64,000 bases of DNA, taken from contig CM075980.1 in the NCBI GenBank assembly GCA_038087875.1, positions 11,346,001 to 11,410,000 of the forward strand, in the 5' to 3' direction. A program made the position numbers and the translations under genes. A model generated the notes under the pieces. It was not told where the DNA came from. It worked only from the letters and a program-made list of their open reading frames with translations, and ran no database searches. The DNA comes from Malacoraja senta. Its lineage: Eukaryota. Below, piece by piece: positions 1 through 13,000 of the stretch. How positions within the stretch are numbered: the first letter of the stretch is position 1; each line of letters begins with the position of its first letter.

Positions 1-868
1 TTCCAATATGCTCCTCTCCCAGGAGTTATGTGGATAATGTAAGCAGTGACTATCATGCAAGTGCTTCAGCTGTTTTACAACTGTAGGATTGTCTTATTTA
101 ATGATACCAGGTTGCTGGCTTTTCTGCAATGTTTCCCTGACCCGTTTTTTTAAAATAGCTTAATATACCCAAATACTAAGCTGTAAGAGTTTAGTAATAT
201 AGCTACTGGTCACCAAATTCCACAATCTAATGATTTTTAATTTATGGCAATGTTTAACATAATGGGAATCATATTTATTTTCAAAGAGAGTTGATACTTA
301 TTTGTTTCTTTTACCCTTTGAGCACTGTTCACAACATGATCCCGTTTTTGTGCCATATATTGGGTTAGTGTTTAAATCTGATGGCATGCTAGGATTGATT
401 CACGATTATATCTAACCAGTTCAGATTGTATTCGGCTCTAATTTCAGAATGGTTATAAGAGGACAGCAGCAAAAGGGATTTTGCTTTAATCATTTGTTTC
501 ATATTTTCATTACAACAAAGGAGGCCCGTTTGGTCCATCGAGTCTACTCTGTTTTACAGAGTAATCCTATTTCCCCCACTAATTTCTACTACACACCTAC
601 CCTACCAACACCTGCTGCCTTTCAGATGTGCGATCAAGCTAGTGGATACCCACATAGCTACGTAAAGTGGTAACAATGCACATAGATATTACTGGAATTC
701 AGTAACAAACCTGGCTCACCAAATTATGAAACAATAACTATATTCACTGCCATTGTAATATTTTCCATGTATTGTTTATGATAGTGATTATGCGATGTTG
801 CATTATCTCTGTAAACGTCACTTCTTTGCATCTTCTTGTCTCCAATGTCATTTAATGTTTGAACTCAC

Positions 869-1084
869 CGTTCTCTTGTCAGAGCAGGTGCTGGCCAAGA
901 AACCCAGCAACAGAGTGAAGAGCGTTGGCAATATCTCCCGCAGAGTACGTGGGGTGTTGGACACAACAATTTTCCAGACGTGCAGCGAGGCCTGACGCAC
1001 CACTAGTTGTGTGTCGGAGCGGCCCATGTAGAGCCCAGCCAGCACACGATTCCGCCTCTCCTCCCCAAGCGCACCAATTATAGC
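869..1084 (-). CDS. GCN1: GCN1 exon 44 (216 nt)
   Basis: tag|[72 protein letters not shown]|gtgagt. Confidence 0.96.
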
Positions 1085-4000
1085 CTAAAAGAATAAAACA
1101 TCACATTATATTCTACAAAATGCCCCGTCCGATATATTAAATTATACTAAATTTATACAGAGAATCAATTCAGTTAGCTCAGTCGGACTGTGCCTCTGTC
1201 CATGTTCCATAAAAATCTTTCGCAATCCCATCTTGTCAACATTTGTTGTTCTCCCTTATATAGTCATATTCATTTCAGGTCCCTTTGGGTCTCTTTCATC
1301 CCCCATGATAACAAGTTCCACATTCTTACCACAATCGACAAATGTTTCTTCAGATTGCTCTTTAAATTTATTATCCACCGTTTTATTTTTGCTTTAATTT
1401 TGGACGCCTCATAAATGGAATTATCTTCACTTAAGTAACAAAATAGTTTCATTATGACGATTTCTATCAGGGACACAACCAAGCTTTTAGTTTTTAATTG
1501 AAGGATTCCAGTCTGGTCAGTTTATGTGGGATCCATTTAAATAGCATCTCAGGACCAGGTCACAAATCCACTTATAACATGGCAGACTCTTCACAGGGGT
1601 AGCAAGTCAACCCAGCAACTAAGGTAACCTACAGACTGCCAATGAAGCCAATCATGAAAGACATGACGACAAAACGTGTTAAATGGATCCAAACCAACAC
1701 TTTAACACAGAGTTTTTATATTAAGAGAATCAAGGGATATTGGGTTAATGAATGTTGCAGTATGGCACAAGGGAAAAGGCACGAGGAGACGAAAAGCCCA
1801 TTCCTGCTTTTATTTATTATGTCCATGTAGTACAGAGAGTCAGTTAAACGGAGGTACAGACCATGAATCTTGCATATTTGTGTCCTTTCACTTTTGGGGA
1901 TTTTATCACTGTGTATGGCCCATAATAATAGATCATGTAATGTGACAATTTGTGAACTTCACCTTATTGGACTGGGCAGTGCCAAAATTGTCATCTTCTG
2001 AGGCAGTCTCTGTTGTCATCTTTCCAGTCACTCCTGACACGTGGAATAGCAAGTCTCCCAGCAACTGGACTGAACTGAACCTGAAATTCAAAAGAAAGGT
2101 CACCTTATATTGCCTTGACTGTATTTAAAATAAAATTCAGCTTCCACCGAAAGAACCCTCATCTATACAATGGAGCATATTGAGCTGGGATGTGGTTCAG
2201 TTAAACAATGGGTCTTAACAGGCTTCCTGATCTGCATGGAAAAACCCCATCTCCTGTACACCGTTAAAGAAAGCAGGGGCAGTTGAAATAACATTAAATA
2301 AATCCTTTTAATCAAAGGATTAAAACAAATGAAGCTCTGCATGTTTCTGATTCAATTCATGCAATGACTAATAAGGAATACACTAAACCACAGATTTTAT
2401 CATTTCAGCCTTGTTACAAATTAATTGAAATAATTGAAGAATACAGCATGGAAACAGCCCTTTCAGCCCACACTAACCAGCGAACACTCATTCACACGTT
2501 CTATGTTACCCCACTTTCACTTCCTCGACACAAGGGGTAGTTTACAGAGGCCAATTCACCTACTATCTTTTGGATATGGGAGGAAACCGGAGCACCCGGA
2601 GGAATAACCTGTAAACTACACATAGACAGCACCCAAGGTCAGGAACAAACTCAGGTCTCTGGTGCTGTGCGACAGCAGGTCTACCAGCTGCGCCACTATG
2701 CTGCCTGAAAATCATGGAAACACAAAAGAGCATAGAATATCACAAGACATAGGAGCAGAAATAGGCCATACGACCCATTGATTCTGCGCCGCTATTTGAT
2801 CATGGCTGATCTATTTTTCCCTCTCAACACAATTTTCCTGCCTTCATCCTGTAACCTTTGACTCCCATACTAATCAAGAACCTACAAATCTCTGCATTAA
2901 AAATACCCAATGACTAATGTGTGGCAAAAAAAAATCCAGACATTCACCACCGTCTGGCTAAAGAAATTCCTCCTCATCACCATTGTAAAGGTACATCCTT
3001 TTATTCAGAGGCTGTGTACTCTGGTCCAAGACTCTTAATTACTGAAATCTCTCCACATCCACTCTATCTAGGCCTTTCATTATTGGGTAGGTTTCAATGA
3101 GATCACCCCTCATCCTTCTGAGCTGCGGTGAGTACAGGCCCACAGCCATCAAACACTCCTCATATGTTAACCCAGTCATCCCTGGGATCATTCTCATGCA
3201 CCACTTCAGGACCCTCTCTGACACCAGCACATCCTTCCTCAGATATGAGGCTCAAAACTGCCATATATGTTAAGGACAATTTTGAGCACAATTCAAGAAA
3301 AGTATTTCAGATGCATGTTCCAGCTGCAGTTTATGAGGAGTCACGTGGGGGTTTTTCTTGATTGAGTTTGTTGAGAAGGTGAAGAAGCTGATTGTTGATA
3401 GGAGTGGATATTGTTTTATGGGCTTTGAAGCACTTGACAAGGTTCCTCTATGGCAAGTTGGTCCAGAAGATCAAGTAACATGGGATTCATGGTGAATTAG
3501 TAAATTGGATACAAAATTGGCTTGGTCATAGAAGACAAAATATGGTAATGAATGGGCGTTTTCTCACTGGAGTTTGGGACCAGTGGTATTTTGTTGTTTA
3601 TAATATATATTAATGGTCTGGATGGAAATGCAAGTGGGCTCAAGAGTAAGTTTGTAGATGACATAAAAATTGGTGGATTTGTGGATAATGAAGGATATAG
3701 ATCAGTTGGAAATAGCAGATTGAGTTTAATCCAGACAAGTATGAGACGATGCATCATCTCATGCAAGCAGACTATGCACCAGAAATGGCAGAACCTTGAG
3801 AAGCATTATTACGCAGATGGATCTTGGTGAGCAAGTCTATAGCAGAGTATTAATTGTTCTTCACATTACCTGTACTCTTTTGGTTTGTTCAAACATTAAA
3901 GCACACTGCACAAATCTCATAAAAGAGTTACAGCTAGATTTTCTCCACACCACTCCACAACCCACCACAGTATCAAAGTTTATACCTGTCTATATTTGAT

Positions 4001-7000
4001 TTTCGATGGATTGTTTGTTAATAGCCATGAGAGAAATTTAAAGATTGGTTTCTTGTAAAGAATGTTCACAGTACCTGATTCGCCAGTTATCGTCAAACAA
4101 TCCCTGCTCCAGTTCTGGAAGCAGGAGTGCTATGGCAGTCTCTGCGTACATGCTGATAATCCGCTGTCCTGCACGTAGAGCAGTGTCACGAACAAATTCA
4201 TTCTCATCTGCCAGAGCCTGTAGGAAGAAATGGATACACACTGATAAACTACACTATTTGCCTCTTACTGCCTTGATAGCATATTTACAGTGCCCTCTAT
4301 AAGGTTTGGTACAAAGACCCATCATTTATTTATTTGCCTCTGCACTCCACAATTTGAGATTTGTAATAGAAAAAATCATATGTGGTTAAAGTGCCCATTG
4401 TCAGATTTTATTAAAGGGTATTTATATACATTTTGGTTTCACCATATAGAAATTGCAGCTGTGTTTATACCTAGTCCCCCGATTTCAGGGCACCGTAATG
4501 TTTGGGACACATGGCTTCACTGGCGTTTGTAATTGCTCAGGTGTGTTGCCTCCTTAATGCAGGTAGAAGAGAGCTCTCAGCACCTAGCCTTTCCTCCAGT
4601 CTTTCCGTCACCTATGGAAAGTTTTATTGCTGTTTATCAAAATGAGGACCAAAGTTGTGCCAATGAAAGTCAAAGAAGCCATTATGAGACTGAGAAACAA
4701 AAATAAAACTGTTAGAGACATCAGCCAAACCTTAGGCTTACCAAAATCAACTGTTTGGAACATCATTAAGAAGAAAGAGAGCACTGGTGAGCTTACTAAT
4801 CGCAAAGGGACTGGCAGGCCAAGGAAGACCTCCACAGCTGATGACAGAAGAATTCTCTCTATAATAAAGAAAAAAAAAAAAACACCTGTCCGACAGATCA
4901 GAAACACTCTTCAGGAGTCAGGTGTGGATTTGTCAATGACCACTCTCCGCAAAATACGTCATGAACAGAAATACAGAGGCTACACTGCAAGATGCAAACC
5001 ACAGGTTAGCCGCAAAAATAGGATGGCCAGGTTACAGTTTGCCAAGAAGTACTTAAAAGGGCAACCACAGTTCTGAAAAAAGATCTTGCGAACAGATGAG
5101 ACGAAGATTAACTTATATCAGAGTGATTGCAAGAGCAAAGTATGGAGGAGAGAAGGAAATGCCCAAGATCCAAAGCATACAACCTCATCTGTGAAACACA
5201 GTGGTGGGGGTGTTATGGCCTGGGGATGTATGGCTGCTGAAGGTACTGGCTCACTTATCTTCATTGATGATACAATTGCTGATGGTAGTAGCATAATGAA
5301 TTCTGAAGTGTATAGACACATCCTATCTGCTCAAGTTCAAACAAATTGGCCAGCGGTTCATTCTATAGCAAGACAATGTCCCAAACATACTGCTAAAGCA
5401 ACAAAGGAATTTTTCAAAGCTAAAAGTGGTCAATTCTTGAGTGGCCAAGTCAATCACCCGATCTGAACCCAATTGAGCATGCCTTTTATATGCTAAAGAG
5501 AAAATTGAAGGGGACTAGCCCCCAAAACAAGCATGAGCTAAAGATGGCTGCAATACAGGCCTGGCAGAGCATCACCAGAGAAGACACCCAGCAACTGGTG
5601 GTGTCCATGAATCACAGACTTCAAGCAGTCATTGCATGCAAAGGATATGCAGCAAAATACTAAACATGACTACTTTCATCTACATGACATTGCTGTGTCC
5701 CAAACATTATGGTGCCCTGAAATGGGGGGACTATGTATAAACACTGCAGTAATTTCTACATGGTGAAACCAAAATGTATAAAAATGGCCTTTATTAAAAT
5801 CTGACAATGTGCACTTTAACCACATGTGATTTTTTCTATTACAAATCTCAAATTGTGGAGTACAGAGGCAAATAAATAAATTATGGGTCTTTGTTCCAAA
5901 CATTATGGAGGGCACTGTATATGGAGAGATTGGACAAACTTAGATTGCTTTCTTTGGAGTTTCGTTGGCTGAAGGGGGGGTGACCTGACAGAAGTATATA
6001 GAATTATGATAGACATGGATAGGGGAGATGGTACGACAGGTAGGTGCCTGGAATACGCTAAGTGGTAGTGATGAAAGCAATGATTAAGAGACATGAATAG
6101 GCAGGTAATATAGGGATATGGACTATGTGCAGGCAAATGGGATTAGTTAGATTGGCATAGCCAGGGCACACATTGTGGGCTGAAGGACCTGTTCCTGTGC
6201 TGTATTGTTCCATGAAGTTGGATTTTTGATGAGCAATGGTGGCTTTTTTTTTTTTGCCTGTCAAGTTTATGTCAGATTATTATACAGGTTCACCCAAACA
6301 TCAGGTTTCTCCATAAGTATGATACATTTATGCAAATAGATTTTTTTAAATTGCAAGCTCACTGAAGCTGACAATATCCTACTCCATTAAAATCAAAGTT
6401 GAAAATTAATCTTAAGAATGACCTCAATCATAACACTTTCATGGATGAATACACCATAAATCTTCCACATATGCAGTCTGTCAAATCTTTAACTACTTTC
6501 ACATTAACAGCAAGGGGTGGCGTTAGAAAGTAGCAATTATGCATCACTTGATATTCAGGTGGCTTCTCTGTGCGAGGAGAAAGGCAAAATGCATTAATGC
6601 TCAAGGTGGGCAAAAATGCTGGAGAAACTCAGCGGGTGAAATGCTCAAGGTATTTTTTTGTTATGATGTTTGGCATATCTTATGTGGAGGGAATAGTAAT
6701 GTTCACAGTATTATTGAAGGATAGCCATGGCAACGTTGATGCAGCTATTGGTAAGAGTCATTGCCCATTCTTCTCAGCATTTGAAAGAGGCTAATGAATA
6801 TGTTTTCCTGAATTTTAACTGGCATGTACTATGCTTGAATACAATTTATTGTTGAGAAGGAATCATCTCTTGCTGCACTTAAAAATATTCTGACAGTGAG
6901 AGATAAAAATGTCAGACCACTGAGGTGCGAGGAAATCACTGGCCTTTTACCTTCAGAATGCAAGGTATAATGGCTCCAACGTATGCAGTAAATTTGTCGC

Positions 7001-10000
7001 CAAACGTCACAGGTAGGTAGATGAACATCATCATGTAACCGTCACGGACATGTGGGGCAATCTCCACTTTGCTGGCCGTGGCTACGATGTCCGGCATGAG
7101 TTTTTCCAGCTTTTCAACTCCAAGTCCAGCCATCACCTCAGCCAAGCCTGAAACAGAGAAAAGAGGCATTTCTCTTTGACGGTATAAAGGTGATGTACAT
7201 GGTGAACATTTTAAATCAGTAGTTGCAAAGATGGTCGTAAAATTGTCAAAGGTACCATAAAAGTTTATCAATTAAATGAGCAATGTCAAATGTACAAGTC
7301 CATTCTTTGGTATGCCATTCCTTGCTCAATGCACTCTAGCTAAACCCACACATGACTGCGACATCAAATTGCTAGACTGTTCCTTGGTAATTATGTAGAT
7401 AGGAATTTTCGCCACGGTTCATTTAACATGCATTATTAGTTCTAATATTACAACTCCCCTTTCTTTATTAAGGTAACTATGAATCACCGACTTGCAAGAC
7501 TTTGTGAAAGGAAAGTTTGCTGATTTGTAATGTCAACCGGAGATGTGCAAAGTCCAGACAACATCTTAGCTCATCACAATTCTGAATCAACAATTGTTTA
7601 GCAATGCCCTTTGAACCTGCAGCAGATTGAATGTGCAGGAGCTATAGTCTAGATTCTAGAACACATGAAGCAGTGGTAAAATTGAGAGGTAATAGCTCAC
7701 CCATGTCTCTGTTACCACTAGACTGGATTATTTCAATGCATTCCTGGCCTCATTTTAGACTTCAAAACTGGGAAGCAAATCAAAAATTCTGGCACCAAGT
7801 TCTATTCAATCCAATGTGCTAACTGACAGCTAATGATGCCTGGTTAGGTAATTTCTCATTCTAGCTTTGAAATCCCTCCCACCCCACCCCCACAAACATG
7901 GCTCTTTTCATTTCCAGTCTTCTCCATCCTTACTGATTTTACATCCATTCTCTTAAACTTGGCTCCTTGAACATTTCTTCTTTTATTCACTTTACCACAT
8001 ATGCCCATTGCCCAAGCTCCCTTGGCCCAAGATGTGTAATTTTCCCCAAGAACCTTTCCACTTCCCATTCCTCTTCTGATACATTTATTTGATTAATCTA
8101 TTGGATATATACTCTCATATCTTAGATGGCTTAGTTCATTTGTAATGATCTAAAAAAAGTGTTGGAATGTGTAGCATTTTAATCAAATAATACAAATTTG
8201 CACTTGCATGACACACTGAAAGCTAAACTAAAAGTGATAAATAAAATCAAAGCAATTAGCCTTTTCCTTGCCCGTTGACAACAATGTTAACACCCTGCAT
8301 AGTCTGGATGAATGCAGAAGACTTTTCGTGTGTGTTTTCTAATTAATCAGCTCTTACCTCGACGGAGATGTGATTTTTTCCCCTATCTTATCTCCGTCCG
8401 CACTGCGGCCTAACATCGAGGAGTTGGCGGCCTTTGCTGAAGACCGACTTTTGAGAGCTCCATCGCGGGTGCCTACGGGACTTTAACATTACAGAGCCTG
8501 CGATCCCTTTGCCAGGGATCGACCTCAGAGCTCCTACCGTGGGTGTTAGCGGACTTAACATCACGGAGCTCGTGGTCTCTAGTCAGAGACCAACTTCGAG
8601 AACTCCAAGCCACAGGAGCTTCAACCGCCGGCTGCGGGATCTTCGACAGCGGGAGAATAAAGAGGAACAAGATTGGACTTTTTGCCTTCCATCACAGTGA
8701 GGAAGGTGGGGAATCCGCTGTGGTGGATGTTTATGTTAATTTTTATGTAGTTGTGTGTCTTGTTGCTTTTTTTCTCTCATAAGGTTGTATGGTAATTCAC
8801 ATATCACTGTACCTTAATTGGTACATGTGACAATAAAGGACCTTTGAAACCTTTGACCTCTGAAACCTAACAGAAAAAGTAATTGGCCTGAAACATAACT
8901 GTTTATCTCACCACAGATGCTGCCTTGCCTGCTAAGTTTAGTTTAGAGATACAGCACGGAAACAGGCCACCGAGTCCTTGCACAGCGGCAATTTGCATAC
9001 ACCAGCATTATCCTACACACCAGGGACATTTTACAATCTTTAACTTACAAACCTGTACATCCTTGGAGTGTGGGAGGAAACCGGAGCACCCGGAGAACGT
9101 ACAGACAACACCCGTAGTCAGGAATAAACCCGTGTCTCTAGTGCTGTAAGGCGGCAATTCTACCTCTGCACCTCCAGCAATTTCTGTTTTTATGTTTATA
9201 TAGAAACTTTCTCTGACTGAAGTCCCAATCTCACCTTGTGCAGCACCAGATCGATCAACTGAACTCTGCTCTGATGCAAGCATTTCCATGAGCCAAGGCA
9301 GCAGGTTATCAAAGCAGGACTCGCCCATTCCCTTCACCATGGCTCCCAGAGCTTTTGCAGACACTGTACGAACCTGGTATTTGACAAAAGGACAAGTCGT
9401 TGAATTAACAAGATCAAGCTGAAAAGCAAAACTTCCACACTCATGCCTTACAACGCAGAATTCAGAGATTGAAGACATTATCAGGTTCCATAATAGATTA
9501 GAATTTTGGTTCAGTAACAGCATCCTGAGCACGGGTTAACCAGGGAGAGCTGCATCAACTCTTACGATTTAGGTACTAAGCCAGAACATTGATTAATTCT
9601 TAGTTTGAGCAATCATATACCACAATGGATTTACTAAACTTGGCCAAATTCTCAATCATCAATGAATCTACTCATCAGATATTTCACATATTTATTGTCA
9701 TATTTTCCCAAGATATTGAAGGCAGCTGTTTGGTCCATCTAGCCAAACCCACCTCTCAGACAATCAGTCCTCATCCCCATTTATTTAACTTTAGCCTTCA
9801 GGGAGTAATTTAAAGTGGCCAATTAACCTACCAGCATGTTTTTGGATTATGGGAAGAGACCCATAAGAAATCCACCGTCATAGGGAGACTGCAAAGTCCA
9901 CACAAAAAACATCCAAAGGTCAGATCAAACCTGGGTGACTGGAGCTGTGTGGCAGCAGCACAGCGATCGCTGTGTTTAACAAGCCATTACCATTTTGGCT

Positions 10001-13000
10001 CCAGGTAATCACAATGATACCAACTGGGGAGAGCAAAGACTCTTACCTCTGGAACAGGGTCCAGCAGAGAAAGCTTCAATCCGGGCATCACACTGGGCAG
10101 GTACGGTGCAAGATCCTGCAACCATGCCAATGGAAAATAATTAGCAAGTCTGGTTTGATAACAACATTCTCCCCATTAAGAAAAGAAAATGTTGAAATAT
10201 ACAGCAGTTCCAAAACATTAAAACTCACCAGCTGCTGCTTTACGGGCTCTTCCAGCATTTTCTAGTGCACAATTGCAATATCACAATATTTTGTAATCTT
10301 ACACTAGCTCGTCACAGTTAACTAAACACCTTACACTGTTTTGGTTAATTAGATTTGGAGCTGCACTGTGGATAAGGGGTAACCAGTGACAACTAGACCC
10401 AGACAGATTTCCAAAAAAGCATTTCATAAAGTGCCACATCAGGTATTATTGTGAAAAGCTGTGTATTGGCATGGAAGGAAGAATAAATGGCTAATGGAAA
10501 GCAGAGAGTAGATGTGAATGGGTGTTTTCTGGTTGGCCAGGTACAATAAGTGGTCTTGCACAGGAATTGGTGCTGGGCCGTCATTATATAAATGACGGAT
10601 GAATTCACTGAAGGTCTGGTTGCTAAATTTACTTGTATCACAAGTATTTACTTGTAAGACTTGTATCATCAAGCTGCGAAGAGGATGTGTGGAGTAGATA
10701 GGTTTAAGTGGGCAACAATTGAGCAATAGGAATATCATGTAGGAAACTGAAATTGCTTTTGGCAGGAAAAATAAAAATAAAATTAAATAATGAGATTTAA
10801 TTTACGGTTCATATGCAGGTACAGTTTATTGCAAAGAGAATTGAATACAAAACTAGAGATTATTGTTTAATTATTCTAGGCATTGGCAAAGCCACAGCTG
10901 GAGTACGCTGCACAGTATTGTCTATTTAAGGAAAGATGTAAACATATTGGAATCAGTTCAGAGATGGTTTAGCTAGCAGATTGATATGTTGAACCGTTCG
11001 GTTGTCTTCTAAGTGAAGACTGATTAGACTAGATGTACCCACTGGGGTTTTGGAGAGCAAGATGGGATTTAATTGAAACAGATTTTGACAGTTTTGCAGG
11101 GCTGAATATGGAATGTTTCCACTTGTGGGAAGATCTGGAAATAGTTGTCCATTTACAAGTAAGAGGGTGCCCATATTAGTTATGAGATGAAATGTTTTCT
11201 CTGTGTAACAAGCCTTTGGAATTCTTTTCCTCAAAAGGGTTGTGGGTGCATAGTCATTGAATATTTTACAGGCAGGGTAGATAGATTATTGACAATAAAG
11301 GGGGTGGTGGGGAGTGGAAGTATTCTGCAGGATCACAAAGAATCAGATCAGCCATGATTTTATTAAATGGCAGAGCAGGCTCTAAGAACCGTGACCTACT
11401 CCTGCTCCTAATTCTTATGTTTGTATGCCGAACATAATGGTCACAAAGTCATGGGCAATATTTGCTAACATCAAATTCTTATTAGCAATGTTAGAAAGGA
11501 TGAAGGTCTTATCTGCAACATTGCACTTACCTTCTGGTCTGTAAGAGAGTACATGTTTCCAATGATCTGAGCTGCCATCTTACGGGTATCTGTGGATCGA
11601 TCCTGGAATGCTCTCTGCACAATTGGCATGATCAGGGCCAGAGATGGAGCATCGATAAAGTGGACAAACTTAGTATCCAGCAGAGTCTGAAGGCACAACT
11701 GTGTCCTCCTGGATGGATCTGTCAGGGCATCCAGTAGAACTGGGGTAATTGCTAGTCAATAAAAACACAATGTATTATTAATTATTTGCATCCACATTTA
11801 ATAAAATGAAAAATAAACCGCCAAACTATTCTTACCTTAATTCACTGCTCTAAATCAATGTATTTAACTCAAGTATTAGCTACAAATACAAATTCATCAG
11901 TTTATTTAATAAACCTCTCAAGAAAATTTAGAATTAACCATAAGTTTGGTCTAAACACCTTTAAAGTACACATTCAGTTACCCAGGACCAGATCATTCAA
12001 GTTCACTATTACAGACCAAGCACCAGAAAATCCCACCAGGACATGGTACTGAACACTGCTGCAGTGCAACCAAATAAAATTGTGAACTTAGAACTTAGAG
12101 CTGCATCCATTACTTGATGCGCTCAATTTACCTTGCTCAATGGAGCTTTTGCCTGGAGCTGTTTATTCTGCAACAAACTTGGATCAGACTCACAGGTTTG
12201 TTCAGTGAGCCACATGTCAATAATAATTAACTACAAAATAAAGACAAGTTTGCTTCATATATTGGATTATCTATCTTTTCAAGGAAGGCTTATTGCTTAT
12301 GGGCCTGACCTGTGTTGGGCATTTATTTTTGTGATTTACCTCATGATGCCAGCCTGCCTGGAAAATTGGACCTTCCCAAGGTGGGATCTTGGGTACATCT
12401 CTACAATTGGATTCTATTGTCTAAATCAATCCACTTCATGACATAGTGCATTGGGAAACCATGCAGGGAAGAACAGTTAATTTGAAGGGGTTTTATGTGG
12501 AGTCTTGTAAAAGATGAATAGCAAATGTTGTCCAAAAGCTGCAACTCACCTAAGATTTCTGGGTTCCTGATAACAGAGCCAATCTGCCGTAAAGCCTGCT
12601 GTCCTGCCTTCTGCACCTTCACATGGGAATCCGTCAGGACCTCGGTCAGCTTGGGGACAATGCTCGGCAGACAGGAGGACAGCTGCTTAGGAGCACAGTA
12701 TGCCATGGCACCCAGCAATTCAACTGAACCTAAAGTTACAATATGGACATCAGTTCAAGGATTCATCCAGGACACAGACCGGTTTAGATAAAAACCACAG
12801 ACTCAGTTGCAAGCAAATTCTATGCATAATTTTCCTGTATTTCATTTAACTTGAAAAATAACAGAGAAATCACAAAGAATAACATTTAATACACTAAATT
12901 AACTTTGGGTAAATATTGAGTAGCTGGATTACAAAAACATTCATCGGTACAGAACAGAATATATTTATATGCTGGCTGACTTCTCATCTCTACCAGGGTT

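Noticed and set aside
2188-2290. Possible intronic H/ACA snoRNA on the minus strand (AGATCA box, ACA, two small hairpins)
   Set aside because: The second hairpin is only 34 nt and the pocket-to-ACA spacing is about 6 nt rather than 14-16; the + strand is better explained as a Deu-SINE core remnant
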